Origin: Vicugna vicugna
Taxonomy: Eukaryota
Reading direction: 5' to 3'
Length of the DNA stretch: 64,000 bases
NCBI GenBank assembly: GCA_013265495.1
Contig: MU061579.1
Span: 4,835,146-4,899,145, forward strand
A model generated the notes under the pieces. That model searched no databases, was not told the DNA's origin, and worked only from the letters and a program-made list of their open reading frames with translations. Each line of letters opens with the position of its first letter. Position 1 is the first letter of the stretch. Positions 21,421 to 34,911 of this stretch are shown in pieces. Both the position numbers and the translations under genes were made by a program.

Positions 21421-23619
21421 AGAAGGTTAAGGTTGTTGTGAGCCTAAAACTGGTAACGCAGGAAGCTCTGCCACAGCATAGGTGCTCAGTCTACATTTTC
21501 AATTGCTATTTTTATTAACAATTCTCATATTTGATGAGATTCCCCTTTTATTAGCATATTCCAAGAATATTGAGAGAATGGCTCTAATTTTATCAGACTT
21601 TCAAAAACTTCTGAATAGGCTCCAATACATAAAATTAACTTCTAAAAAAAAGGTACACAGCTATTCATCTATATATTTTTTAAAGCATATCTTATTTGGT
21701 TTCCTGTATTTTATTCCTAAGTCTCTTTTGTAAGCTTACAGTACCTTACTTTTTCCATCCATAAAATGAGAAATAATTGCCACCTACACACCTCACAGGA
21801 TATTGTGAAAATTAATGAGGTAATATGTATGAAGCTCTAGAAGCCTTTAAATAGTGCTATAAAAATGAGGATTTTATCCCTGTGTGTGGGTCCTACCTAT
21901 TTTTCTGAATGGCTTCCAGCATGGTGACAAAAGAAATGATAGATAAGTGAATAGGTAGGCAGATGGGAGAGAAGGCGGGAGAAAGAGAGAAAAAATAGAA
22001 TAATAAATTATAGAAGAAATTACTGGTTTCAAAATTGTAATGAAAGTGTCTTTTTTACTTCCTGATCACAGGTATTTTCAATCATATGCAAACCTGTATT
22101 TGACAGTTATCTGGTTTCTTCTTGTATTTTTGGACTGATTAAGGGGATATTAATTAGATCTTCATAATTCATTTGACACATTTTTAACTTCTAATCTATA
22201 TATGATTGTTTTTTATAATGAAAACATCCACTAAAAATAAGACAATTTTCTATGTATTTTATCAATCTCTTCTCTCCTTATCCAATCTATATCTTTCAGA
22301 TTATCAATGCTTTAATATTTCTATTTTGTACACATGCAAGTGTTTGTGTGTATATAAATGCAAGAATATATAATTAAAATGGAATATTTTCTAGCTGATG
22401 TTCAGTGACAAACAAAGTACAAGAAAAAAAGCATATGTGACAAATTATATCAAATTTCCAAACAGAGGGATAAATCATGTGAACAATATTTTCATATGTT
22501 TAACACATAAAACCACCCATAAGACCCATATTTAACTATACCCACCTTAAATCCAGTCCAATAAAGGCTCTTAAGCAATTATGAAAGAGGCTGGGAATTT
22601 ACAGAGAAACTTTGGTGAGCTCCTATAAGGTAGGGATGGGGGAAGTTTGTTCGTATGGCGAGCCTGGTGGGCACAACACAGAGAGCTTCTGTATGCCCTT
22701 GGAACTTGGTGAACACAGTATTTGGAATCTGATTCACATCTTATCATTCCAAAGCATTAAAGACTGGCTTTACTGTCTTGAGACAGTGGAATAGAAAACA
22801 TTGATTCAAAAGTAACTCCATTCACATTAATCGGGGATTAAAGTTGCATATTTCTCATTGATACAATCACCTGGATTATTTAACCTATGTGTCATAAAAG
22901 TCAAATGGAGAAGCAAAAGCATTGAAATATAGAGGAGGAGGAATGTAGATGAATCCTCAGAAACTGAGGAAGGATCCTTCCAAGTGACACACCAGGAGAT
23001 AGGCAGGACTGTCACTGCATGTGAGAGACTCAGAGTGAGCAGAGGGGTTTTCTAGGAAGACAACACAGAAGTGCTCCCAGCGGAATGAAGGGGGCCGTCC
23101 ACCGCGGCTGCACTCTGTACTCTCCCCGCCACGTCCCCTGAACACTGCTCACCTCGCTCCACCACAGTGTCCCATCAGTCAGAGGCAGTGTCCTGAGTGG
23201 AGACGACCACGGCAGGGGAGACAGCGAAGGAGCTGACTCTGAACTCTTCCCCTTGCAGGCTCCTCAACACTGAAGTAGTCAAGAGCAACGAAATGAGAAT
23301 TTTAAGTTTAGAGTTCTGAACTTTCAAGATTCTGGACATTTTATTAAAATGAGTCTGTTTGAACTTGAAGTCATGTGAGCATTTTTTTTTTAGTACCTGA
23401 GAACTGTAAGACAAGCCAAGGAATATGCCTTAAATTTTATCCAAGGGCAAAGAGGAATGGATCTCCAAAGCAGTATGAACAGGAAGTAGGAGGAATAAAT
23501 CAAGTTTTCTGTTGTACCTGAGTCTCTACTCCATGGAGAATCTTTGGTGAGCTACAGGTCTTACTAATTCACATACACCTACTCACACACAACACAAACA
23601 CCTGTATACATATGCTTCT

Positions 23620-23920
23620 TTCCTTAGTTTATACAGAAACATATTCCGAATGATTATATAGAGCATACTATGTGCCAGGATTGTTCTAAGAAAATTTGCA
23701 CCTCATGTATATGAACATATTTAATCCCTGAAATAGCATGAAGTATTGATTATATCTAATTATTATTACTCCCACTTTATAAGTTAGGAAATTGAATACA
23801 GAGTAATTAAATCACTGTAAAAGTTTACATAGCTGGAAATGGGGAAAGGCAGGATTAAGATGTAGGCAGGCATTCTGGCTTCAGAATGACTACTTTTGAC
23901 TAATATACCATATAGCGCAT
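23620..23920 (-). mobile_element. MIR SINE
   Basis: gagcatactatgtgccagg…tattactcccactttataagttaggaaattga…; MIR-like reverse-strand text. Confidence 0.55.
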
Positions 23921-24942
23921 CTTCTTTGTTCAGGTATTTATAAATGTACCTATGCAAATATATGGATATGCATATATGTGATTCTGTGTATTTGTGTATT
24001 TATGTATATATACATATAGTATTTTCATCCTTGTTACTCTTTTAATAAACTTCAATTATTTTGGAGAAATACTCAGAGTGCTTCAGCTATTCCACTTTCA
24101 TCAGAGACAATACACTAACTCAGGCTTTTCCATAAATTTTATAAATAGGAAATGGCATTTCCTTCTACTATTTACAGGGGCAGGGAGATAGGTAGAAAAG
24201 ATCAAAGAAAACATAGGTCTTAAAGCTTAAGTTTACTTGATAACACTTGGGTGATATTTCAGACTGACATATTTTCAACACTCATGGAGGTTATATGAAA
24301 ATTCCTTCTAAGTCTGTTTTGCTTGTTTTCTTCTATAAGTGAAACAATTTGAATTAGATTAATTTTTATTTCACCTAAATTGCTCTAGATGAATTGAGTA
24401 ATACAGAAATATACACTCTTCCTCTGTATTATCAAAAAAAAAAAAAGAATGGACATGCTTTACACCTTAGTGTGCTACAGTAGTAGAAGGTACTTAAGTG
24501 TTTTTTATGCCCAAATAGGACATTAGGATCTTCTCATGACCCTCTTGAGTGAGGTTATGTGAGACATTTGTATCATTTAACCTGGCTTTAAAGTGACTTC
24601 CCTTACATATACTATGTTTTGGGGGTATGATCACACTACCCACTTTAAATGTTTTATTATTATGAAAGTATTATCATTATCAATGTGGAGTATGGAAAGT
24701 GGAGGAAAGTGGCTGGAAGCAGCCCATCATGGTGTTTCAAAGAATAGACTTTGGAGCTGGAATGTGCCCTGAGACTGCAGTTTGGCTCCGCCAGTGTCTG
24801 TCTTTGTCCCTAACCAGTTATTTAACCCGTTTGTGCTCTAGTTTCTTCATGTGAATGATGGAGATAATAATAGCAATAACTCAGACCTCTTTGAGAAAAC
24901 TTAAGTGAGTTGATATTTATGAACTCTTAAAACAGCCACCCA

Positions 24943-25087
24943 GGGGGGAGGGTGTAGCTCAAGTGGTAGAGCACATGCTTAGCATGCACAGGGTCCTGTG
25001 TTCAATCCCCATCCTCCTCTAAAAAATAAATAAATAAACCTAACTACCTTCCCTTCCAAAAAAAAAATTCTCTAGGGAAAAAAAAAA
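24943..25087 (+). mobile_element. tRNA-derived SINE (camelid Vic-type), inserted in a MIR
   Basis: GGGGGGAGGGTGTAGCTCAAGTGGTAGAGCACATGCTTAGCATGCACAGGGTCCTGTGTTCAATCCCC, then (AAAT)n, CCTAACTACC and poly(A). Imperfect TSD cagccacccag / cagtcatccag. Confidence 0.88.
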
Positions 25088-26133
25088 ACCCAGTCATCCA
25101 GCACATAATAAGCAAGAAAGAAACAAAATTTTTGTTAAGCAAAATATTTTCTTGTTAGTTAAGGTTAAACTGAAGTGTGTACATTTTTCTTGATGTTTTT
25201 CATATGGTCTTGAGCTATAATTCATACTGTATATTAACATCTCCTATATTTCACATTTACATCTCGTATTTCATTGAATCAGTTACTTTTTTTTAACTTT
25301 AGAGAACATTAAAGAAGTATGTTGGCCAACAAAATCAAACTAAATAGCAAACATTAAAAACTGGAAAAGTTTATACATTAATCTAGAGGGACAGTCACAC
25401 AGAAGAAAGACTAGAATACACTGTCCAAGGATCATCCTTTTTCTATAGCATTCTAGTGGCATTGAAGAGGAACACTGGTGTGAAACCAAGACAGAGATAA
25501 AATGCAGTGGAGGTGAAGTACCAAGAGAAGGGATCAACAAGGAGCTATTACGTAGGAAAGCAGTAAGGCACAGTTGCATTTGGAAAGGACAGTTTACAGA
25601 GTTGCAGTCTGAGATTCAGTCAGGGCCGGATTCACATGTGGTGAGCTGGGTGGAGTAAGGTCCAGCCTTGGGAAAGACAGAGAGTTGGAAATTGGAGGGT
25701 CTGATGGGAGTCACGTGATCCACCTGTGACTGGAAGGTCTGTAATGGAAGGTCTTCTTACTGGCAGTAAATAACACTTTTTTCCCTTTTTTCCAATTGTG
25801 TTCATCTTCCACTGCTTTGAGAGTAATTAATAAGGATATAAGGCAGATCTGAGTCTAGAACAATTCGGCAACTTTACTCAGAAGGAAAGAGACAGTCACT
25901 TAATAGCTTTCTTAATTCACCTAGTGTTTCTGCTGTTCAGCACAGAAAATTTGGCTATTTCAAATCCTACCAATTTTGAAGTAAAAAAAATTCTTGAAAC
26001 AATTGCATGTAATTTGTCATTGTTTGTAAAGTAGAGGACTTTGTGGCAATTGAAACGGGTCAAGTCTAGCCTTTTTGGCATCCTCAGGCTAGGTGGATTG
26101 TGTCAATTAGCAAAGTGTGCCTGTGCAAAGTAA

Positions 26134-26620
26134 GTGCATTCACTTTCTATTACTGCATAACAAATGACTACAAAGTAGCTTAAAATGACATAAATTTCTT
26201 ATCTCACGGTTTTCTCAGAATTTCAGGCACAGGTTAGCTGAAACCTCTCCTTGAGTCTCACCAGGCTGAAACCAAGGTGACAGACTGGGCTACAATCTCA
26301 TGTGAGGCTCAACATCCTCTTCTGAATTCATTCAGGATGTTCCCACAATTCAGTCACTTGGGGTTGTAGGACTGGAGGGCTCGCCTTCTTGCCAGCTGTT
26401 TGCTATGGTTGCTGTCAGGTTTTAGAGGCCACCAGAGGCCCTCACCACATGGTCCTCTGACAACACGACCGCTTACTTCTTCAGAAGTAGCCAGAGAATC
26501 TCTTTTCAGTCAGCCAGCTACAATATATTTCAGTATCATATGATGCAATCATGGAGCGACTATTCCATTATATTCACAGGTCCCACCCATACTCAAAGGA
26601 ACCACCTAAAAATCCTCCTA
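26134..26620 (-). mobile_element. MaLR (MLT1) LTR
   Basis: ttctattactgcataacaaatgactacaaagtagcttaaaatgacataaatttcttatctcacggtt…tcacaggtcccacccatactcaaagg. Confidence 0.65.
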
Positions 26621-26978
26621 TGATAAACAGGGAGTAGAGGAGACAGTGGTAAACATGAAATCAAATACACTTTCCAAATTGACAGCTGCTACTGAGTTCC
26701 AGCCAATGTTGCCATATGATAATCAAAGCCCAATGTTCCAATTTTTAAAGTGATGCGGTAAATCTAGAGTTTTCTATTACACTTTCCAGAATGTAAAATA
26801 GGCCAAGCATTCCGTTATTATGACCTCTAGACTATTCTAGACTAGAATAAAGTATAAAGCTGCCTATTGTAGGAATTTAGTCATACCTCCACGGATTAGA
26901 GAGTGAGATCTAAAAAAAATACAATAATGTGAAGAAGAAAACATGAATATACACAAAATGCCAAATAAAGGTTTTCTT

Positions 26979-26984
<6 letters not shown>

Positions 26985-27012
<28 letters not shown>
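26985..27012. repeat. (TG)n microsatellite
   Basis: Read directly. Confidence 0.95.
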
Positions 27013-27013
<1 letters not shown>

Positions 27014-27129
27014 CTGTGTTTAATTGATTATCTTTTTAGAAGAGGATGAGCTCTGTTACTGTCTTTGAAAACTTCCGGGAGAAAAAGGGATTCTGAACTG
27101 AAACTTGACATAAATAGAATGTTCTAATA

Positions 27130-27436
27130 CAGAGATCAGCAAACGACACCACATGGCTTAAACATTACGTGTGAGCTAAAACATTTTACATTTTAAATGT
27201 TTGAAAAAAATCAAATCAAGAGTAATATTTCATGACACATGAAAATCAGTAAAATCCAAATTTCTCAGTCCATCATTGAAATGTTACTTGAACAAGGTCA
27301 CACTCACTTGTTTACATTTTGCTAGTGACTGTTTTAAGACGTTACAGTAGAGTTGTTGCAGCAGAGACCATAGTAGCCAGCTGAAAATACCTATTATCTA
27401 GCCTTTTACAGAAAAAAAAAAAATTGCTGACTTTTG
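27130..27436 (+). mobile_element. hAT-Charlie MITE, MER58B-like
   Basis: Imperfect TIRs cagagatcagcaaac / ttgctgacttttg; 8-bp TSD ttctaata (27122-27129) / ttctagta (27437-27444). Confidence 0.75.
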
Positions 27437-28334
27437 TTCTAGTAGAAAATTATGGGACAGAATTGAGTGTCAGTACTTAAACACACACACACACATTCAC
27501 AAATGATGGCTTCTGTACTCAGGGAAATAAGATAGTAAGGAAAACTCTTAGCATGTGTTAGAAAGTGACCCGCTTTCCCTCCTGGTCAACTGAAAAGGAA
27601 AGCAGCTTCCGCATGGCGCCCACATCACTCATTCACTCTGTATGTCACCAGACAACGAGGGTGTCCTATTCTTGGTTGACCCACACCCTGTCCTGGCTTC
27701 AGTATCTCTCTCACTGTTGAGACTTCCTTAATAACACTAATCTCATACACTCCCAGCATCTGAAGCTGTTTGCAACTCATGTTATAGCAGATGAACTGCT
27801 TCTCCTCTTACTGACAATGGTAGGTTAATTATATTAGTTTCTCAGAAGCAGTGGCAGCTGTAAATGACAGCTCTAAGTATGAGAGAGTCTACAGAGGAGG
27901 GCTTGGAGAAAACAGCCGTGGGAATCTCCTTTCTTTGGAGACACTGAGATACAAAGAGTAGTGAATGAAACTCTCATTCTCCTTTCGGATATTTCATTCT
28001 GGACATGATTCAGCATTACAGAAATATTCACACTAATGAGGTTTTTTTCTTTTTTGATGCAAACAGATACAGAATAACTGGAATGCCAAGACAGACAACC
28101 TGGGATGTCCAACAAGTTAATGTATCATGTTATAATTGTAACAGAACACATATCATACACATACACTGTTGTTGAATAAATCTTTCTTATTTTAGTCATA
28201 AAATACCATTATTTTGTAGTAAAACACAGACATCACTAAACCCATATCATTTTAATATGGATAAAAAGGCCATTAATGGGGGAAAAAAAAAACCCTCAAA
28301 ATGCCAACAAAATGTGGCCATAGGAACGAGAAGG

Positions 28335-28360
28335 GTGTGTGTGTGTGTGTGTGTGTGTGT
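28335..28360. repeat. (GT)13 microsatellite
   Basis: Read directly. Confidence 0.95.
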
Positions 28361-29310
28361 AAGGATGGCTGTGGGAATAAGTTAATGGGTAGCAAAATAT
28401 TTAAACATAACTATATTTGGTCATCAGATTTTTAAAACACGTGTTCTGTGTTTTATGTATAAACATAGTTCTCTAATCAATAGTTTGCTATTTAAAGGAA
28501 TGTTGCTTTCTTAGTAAAAATATTTATATTTAAAAAAAGTGTTTTGTGAAGCTAACCAAGAATAAATTATCTTTCTTTTATTCTTTAATTTCCAGAGCTA
28601 ACATCTAATTTATTCTTCAAAGAGAAATACACACACACACACACACACACAATCTTTCCTGTTTTAAGAAGTTGGTGGATGCAGGCTCATATTTGGAAAT
28701 GTGAAAATTTAGTTTAAAAATTATTTTAAGTTTCTTTTTTTATGGGTGTGGGTATTTTTCTGTTAGTATTTCATTTGGGATTGGGGAAATTACACATAGG
28801 CCTATCACCCAAGGAAAGATAAAGTCATAGAAACATACTCATATTACTGAATGCTCCCCAGCAATAAAGGAGTGAAACTTTGACACATCCAACAACATGG
28901 ATGAAACCCAAACACATGTTGAAGGAGAAAGGAAGCCAGATTCAGAATTAGTCTATTATAGAATTTTAAAAAGTAGCTACCTCTGGAAGACAGGTTTTGA
29001 TTGAAAGGGGATAGGAGGGAATTTTCTGGATTGATAGAAATTTTCTATATGCTGTTATAGTTTCAAAGGCATATCCAATTATCAAAACTCCAACTTAAGA
29101 CTTAAGATGCCTGCAGGTTATTACACATGTATAAAAAATCAGAAGGAAATGAATTAAAGTGGCTGTCTGGTTTATCATTACTAAGTTTCCATTTATTCTA
29201 ATTTTTGCTGCTTCATTTTTTTTTCTGAAAAAGCTTTAATATTTATATATTTATAACTATGCATGTATACATCCATATATAATTATAACTATAAATTTGA
29301 AGAACGTATG

Positions 29311-31303
29311 TGTTTCTCTTTTGTATTTATGTTTTGTTTGTTTGTTTGTTTTTGTTTTGTTTTTAGATTCCACATACCAGTGATCTCATATGGTATTTTT
29401 CTTTCTCTTTCTGGCTTACTTCACTTAGAATGACATTCTCTAGGAGCATCCATGTTGCTGCAAATGGCATTATGTTGTCGGTTTTTATGGCTGAATAGTA
29501 TTCCATTGTATAAATATACCACCTCTTCTTTATGCAGTCATCTGTTGATGGACATTTAGGCTGTCTCCATGTCTTGGCTATTGTAAACAGTGCTGCTATG
29601 AACATTAGGGTGCAGGTGTCGTTTTGGAGTAGGGTTTCTTCTGGATATATGCCCAGGAGCAGGATTCCTGGGTCATATGGTAAGTCTAGTCCTAGTCTTT
29701 TGAGGAATCTCCACACTGTTTTCCACAGTGGCTGCACCAAACTGCATTCCGACCAGCAGTGTAGGAGGGTTACCCCCTTCTCCACAGCCTCTCCAGCATT
29801 TGTCGTTTGTGGATTTTTGAATGATGACCATTCTGACTGGTGTGAAGTGATACCTCATTGTAGTTTTGATTTGCATTTCTCTGATAATTAGTGATACTGA
29901 GCATTTTTTCATGCGCCTATTGATCATTTGTATGTCTTCCTTGGAGAATTGCTTGTTTAGGTCTTTTGCCCATTTTTGGATTGGGTTGTTTGGTTGTTTC
30001 TTATTAAGTTGTATGAGCTGCTTATATATTCTGGAGATCAAGCCTTTGTCAGTTTAATTTGCAAAAACTTTCTCCCATTCCGTAGGTTGTCTTTTTGTTT
30101 TACTTATGGTTTCCTTTGCTCTGCAGATGCTTGTCAGTTTCATCAGGTCCCATTTGTTTATTCTTGCTTTTATTTCTATTGCTTGAATAGACTGTTCTAG
30201 GAGAACATTTTTGAGATGTATGTCAGATAATGTTTTACCTATATTTTCTTCTAGGAGGTTTATTGTATCTTGTCTTATGTTTAAGTCTTTGATCCAATTT
30301 GAGTTTATTTTTGTGTATGGTGTAAGGGAGTGTGCTAGCTTCATTGCTTTACATGCTGCTGTCCAGTTTTCCCAACACCATTCGCTGAAGAGACTGTCTT
30401 TATTCCATTGTATATTCTTGCCTCCTTTGTCGAAGATGAGTTGACCAAAAGTTTGTGGGTTCGTTTCTGGGCGCTCTGTTCTGTTCCATTGGTCTATATG
30501 TCTGTTTTTGTACCAATACCATGCTGTCTTGATGGCTGTAGCTCTATAGTATTGTCTGAAGTCTGGGAGAGTTATTCCTCCAGCCTCTTTCTTTCTCTTC
30601 AGTAAAACTTTGGCCAATTCTAGGTCTTTGATGGTTCCATATAAATGTTACTATGATTTGTTCTAGTTCTGTGAAATATGTCCTGGGTAATTTGATAGGG
30701 ATTGCATTAAATATGTAGATTGCCTTGGGCAGTGTGACCATTTTAACAATATTGATTCTTCCAATCCAAGAGCATGGGATATCTTTCCATTTTTTAAAGT
30801 CTTCTTTAATTTCCTTCATCAATGGTTTATAGTTTTCTGTGTATAATTCTTTCACCTCCTTGGTAAGATTTATTCCTAGGTATTGTATTACTTTGGGTGC
30901 TATTTTAAAGGGGATTGTTTCTTTATTTTCCTCTTCTGTTGATGCATCATTAAAGAAATGCAATTGATTTTTGAACGTTAATCTTGTAACCTGCTACCTT
31001 GCTGAATTCTTCAATTGGCTCTAGTAGTTTTTGTGTGGACCTTTTAGGGTGTTCTATATATAGTAACATGTCGTCGGCATATAGTGACACTTTTACCTCT
31101 TCTTTTCCAATTTGGATCCCTTTTAATTCTCTCTCTTGCCTGATTGCTGTGGTTAGGATTTCCAAGACTATGTTGAATAGGAGCGGAGATAGTGGGCATC
31201 CTTGTCTTGTCCCAGATTTTAGTGGGAAGCTTTTGAGTTTTTCACCTTTGAGTACTATGTTGGCTGTAGGTTTGTCACATATAGCTTTTATTATGTTGAG
31301 ATA
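29311..31303 (-). mobile_element. Relatively young LINE-1, ORF2 3' half (RT and C-terminal domain), frameshifted
   Basis: [49 protein letters not shown] and HCWSEC…; ORF2 ends CGI* at 29363. Confidence 0.97.
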
Positions 31304-32339
31304 CGAACAACATATTTGTTGAAGGAAACTAAGGTTTTTGTCTTTCATTGCTAAGAAAAAAATGTAAGAGTTCACTAGAAGATATGGATAGAGATGCCTG
31401 ATTATTCCCTGTCCTTGGAGTTCAACTTTTGTTGCTGTTGTTTGTTTGTTTGTTCAATTTTTGCAGAGAGTGTTTTTCTACCCCTCTGATCTGATGATTG
31501 AACCTCTCTATTCAGCCCTCTCCTGTAGATGGACTCAGGATCAGATAACACAGACTGGTGTATAGATTCTTAAAATTATTGGTATGAAAATGTTGAGAAA
31601 GATAAAGAGAGGGATAGAGATAGAAAAAGAGGCAGTTAAGATATTTCAAAAAGTAAGTACATTCTTCAGGAGTTTGGATTAAAAAAGTACAGAAAAATAG
31701 AGAGTAGTTGGAGAAGGCTGTAACAAGAGAAGATTTTTGTTTGTGTTTGTTTTTATGTGAGCAATTATATCAACAACTTTTGTTCACTAGTACATATTTA
31801 ATAATATAGGAACAAATGAAAAATTAGGAGATATTTTAACTGTGGAAATTATGTAAAATGACTAACTTTGTAGAATTCTTAAAAAAGTGATTCTGGATTA
31901 TCAGTAAGAACCTAACATTCAAAAAATCAAAAGAAAATATTTGAGACTAAGATCTAGACTGAACAAGAACATACCATAATTTTTATTTGTTTTATGCAGT
32001 AAGGTTCAGATGCACTTTTGCATATTTACGATGTGAGGAATACATTCATATTTTTGGAAATTTTTTAATAAATTTAATAAAAGGTTCCCAATTTATTAAC
32101 TACTTACAAATCTTGAGAGGCCAAAATTGTTTTCTTTTCCCCATTATAATACAAGAGCAGGAAAGGAAATAGAATTGTTATTCTTCCTACTACTTGTTAA
32201 ATGTTTTATTGGAAAGATTATTTGTTATATATAATTCTGGTTATCTATATATAACTAGATTAAGGGTCCAAAAGACCACACATCAGAAACCCAAAATTTA
32301 TATATCTTACTACAACTAATTATGTACTCAAGCAATCCA

Positions 32340-32965
32340 GTGTACCACCCCCAAATTATGCTCTTCTCCAGATTCTTATGGCCCAGTCTGCCCTTCAGTT
32401 CTTAGCCACTTATTCATTGGAAAAAATCCAACTACCACATTCACCCATTCACCATACTTGCCCTAATAACCAGTTTTCTTAGCCTCCTTGGAGCTAAGGC
32501 TTTAGCTTTGTCTGACCTCTTTGTGCCACCAACACAGCTCATGTGTCCAATGCAACCCAACCTATGGAGACCCGAGTCCCTTCCATCACTTCTGGGCTTA
32601 GGTCACACTTGCAGGATGTGGATCTGGACTTCTCAACAGTTATTTATAGGTGCACCTCCTAGAAGTCTGGAGGAATTAATACCCCATAGGGGTACTATCC
32701 AGTGAGGAGATGAGAAGGAATTAGCAGATTAGTCCTTCTTCCTTCCTCATCATGAGAGGCTCCAAAGAACAACAGTCGGTGTGGTTCTTCTGGAACACAT
32801 CCTCCCCGACGGAGCAACTAGCTGTGCTTTCTTTGGAAACTGAGGTAAGTTTCCTAAAACAACAACTTCCCTTGTTTCTTGCTCTGTCTTGGTATGCATC
32901 ACACAATAAAGCTTAAGTATATAAGTTTGCCTCAGGCTTTGTTTTCTAAGGAACTTTGCCTAAGC
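32340..32965 (+). mobile_element. Old ERVL-type LTR-like fragment (family uncertain)
   Basis: LTR-like 3' part caataaagc…tttgcctcaggctttgttttctaaggaactttgcctaagc. Confidence 0.35.
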
Positions 32966-34762
32966 TATTTAGCAACAATAATCTCAGATTAATCAGATCA
33001 TATTTAGAACTTGTGCTGGCAAATGGTACGAAATGAAACATTATCTGGGGAGAAATCTCTGTAGGTATCAGAGGAGATTGAGCATGATAGGGATGAAATG
33101 TAAGCTCAGGTTAGGTTTTTCTCTTTGTGAAGAAGCTTAAGCTTTCATCATGATATTAGTGCATCAATTATGTGATATGCTATTAAAATTGTATGCATCT
33201 GAGATCATATCACATATATGATAATGTACATGTCAGATATTATAATATTCACTTGTGAAAAAATGGCATAAAAGTGGTTCTCACAGAACTCACAAATTAT
33301 ATCAAGCTGTTATGTTATTAGGCCTAATTAATGATATGAAGAAGCATTAAGGTATGCAGAGGTATTAATTTGATATGTATTTGATACTGATATTTAAAAT
33401 AAAATTTTAACATAGTATAATGGATAAAATCAAGGGATTTGAAACACATTTTCAAGCCTCTCTTTGGCTTAACTAGTAAATAATAATGAAAATTTGAAGA
33501 AGTCACCAAATTTCTCTGGTTCTCAGTTTTCTCATTAATGACTTGAGCTATATAAATTGAAAGGCCTCCTCCCTGTCTAACATTGTGATAACCCATATCA
33601 ATTAAGTAGCATTATTTGGGACAGTATAATAAAGTACCTAGCTGATAGTCAAAGATCACAAAGCTTTCCCTATGTCAATATGGCTGCCTGCTCTGAAAGT
33701 ACTGACTGCATTCAGAAATACTTTAAAGTATGTCAAATCAAATCGATGAGGTCAATGATTATTACACTCATGCTAGGGAACTAAGGCTATGCTGGGCCAA
33801 GGAGAATGAAAATAGAAAGGGGGACATATTTATTAAGTCATTCAACAAACACTTGTTGAATATCTCCTCTGAGTTAACATGTATATTTAAAATTGATGAG
33901 CAGTTTACAAGAGAAACATGCCCTATCCTCAAGTCACTGGTAAATTTAAATACCTCAAAATGTTAGCAAAAGCTGTTGAGAGTTGTTCAAGGAGCAAAAG
34001 AGCTAGAACTCACTCAGGCTAAGAGTGGAATGTGTGGTTCATACACTCTTAAAGAAAGGTTGAACAACCAGGTGGTGAAAAAGGCAGGTTGGAGTTCAGG
34101 AGCAACGGTAAGCAGGTGCTTTCATTCTCTTAATCATCTCTTCTTCACACCATATTTGTCATCCTTCTCTCTGACTGAAGCTGGTCTACTTTACAAGGGA
34201 GAAAACATGACTGTCAGGGGCTGATGAGTTCTACATCTAACTGTTTAGGTCACTGGAGAGAGATTGCTATGCAGCATCCTTTTGTCCTGTGTCAAAGTCC
34301 AGAATTCTTGAGAAGAGGAATAGTATCACAACTTGACTCAGGTATTTATACACCTAAAACTAATCAAGTCAATCACAGGTTAATCAGCGTGTTCCAGGGC
34401 TGGGTCTCTGGCCAATCAGAATGGATGCAGAGAGCACTGGAGAACTGCCCTCCTACGATTCTACCCTCCAGTTGCTAGGTCATGGTGTGGTCCAGAGGAT
34501 GCATGAGGAGGGTCACATTAGCCAGAAACTAAGTAGAAAACTATGGGAGCACAGAACTTCAACATTTCATTTCATAAAAATGACCACATTTTATAAATTA
34601 ATAAATATTAATAAAATAATGATATAATTCCTAGGATAGAAAGTAGTGAGTTTAGAAAATGTATTTTATTGGGTACCTAAATAGCAAGTAGCAAATATGT
34701 ATATGAGTGTTAGACTGGCTAGGATTTTCACTTTCTTACATGTGAGATTTGTTTATTTTTTA

Positions 34763-34781
34763 TAGTCACTAGGTGGCAATT
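34763..34781 (+). promoter_or_regulatory. Candidate CTCF motif
   Basis: TAGTCACTAGGTGGCAATT resembles the CTCF core CCACYAGRKGGCR; motif match only. Confidence 0.3.
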
Positions 34782-34889
34782 CTGGGGCCAAAAGGCACAG
34801 TATCTGATTATTAGTATAGTTTTATGATCTATTAAATTTGCTGTTCATAATGAAAAGATACCATTATCTGGGGAAATTAGCTATATGGG

Positions 34890-34911
34890 TTTTTTTTTTT
34901 TTTTTTTTTTT
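34890..34911. repeat. Poly(T)22
   Basis: Read directly. Confidence 0.9.

Noticed and set aside
22900..23300. GC-richer island with a few CpGs as a possible exon or promoter
   Set aside because: It has no recognisable protein similarity or clear splice-site pair and is too CpG-poor and short for a CpG island; I cannot support a call.
24943..25015. Possible tRNA-Ala gene (also 3550-3612 on the minus strand)
   Set aside because: The acceptor stem is degenerate and the sequence is followed by a SINE body, poly(A) and TSD, so these are tRNA-derived SINEs.
29363..31375. Functional L1 ORF2
   Set aside because: It is split into several frames and lacks the endonuclease domain, ORF1 and promoter.
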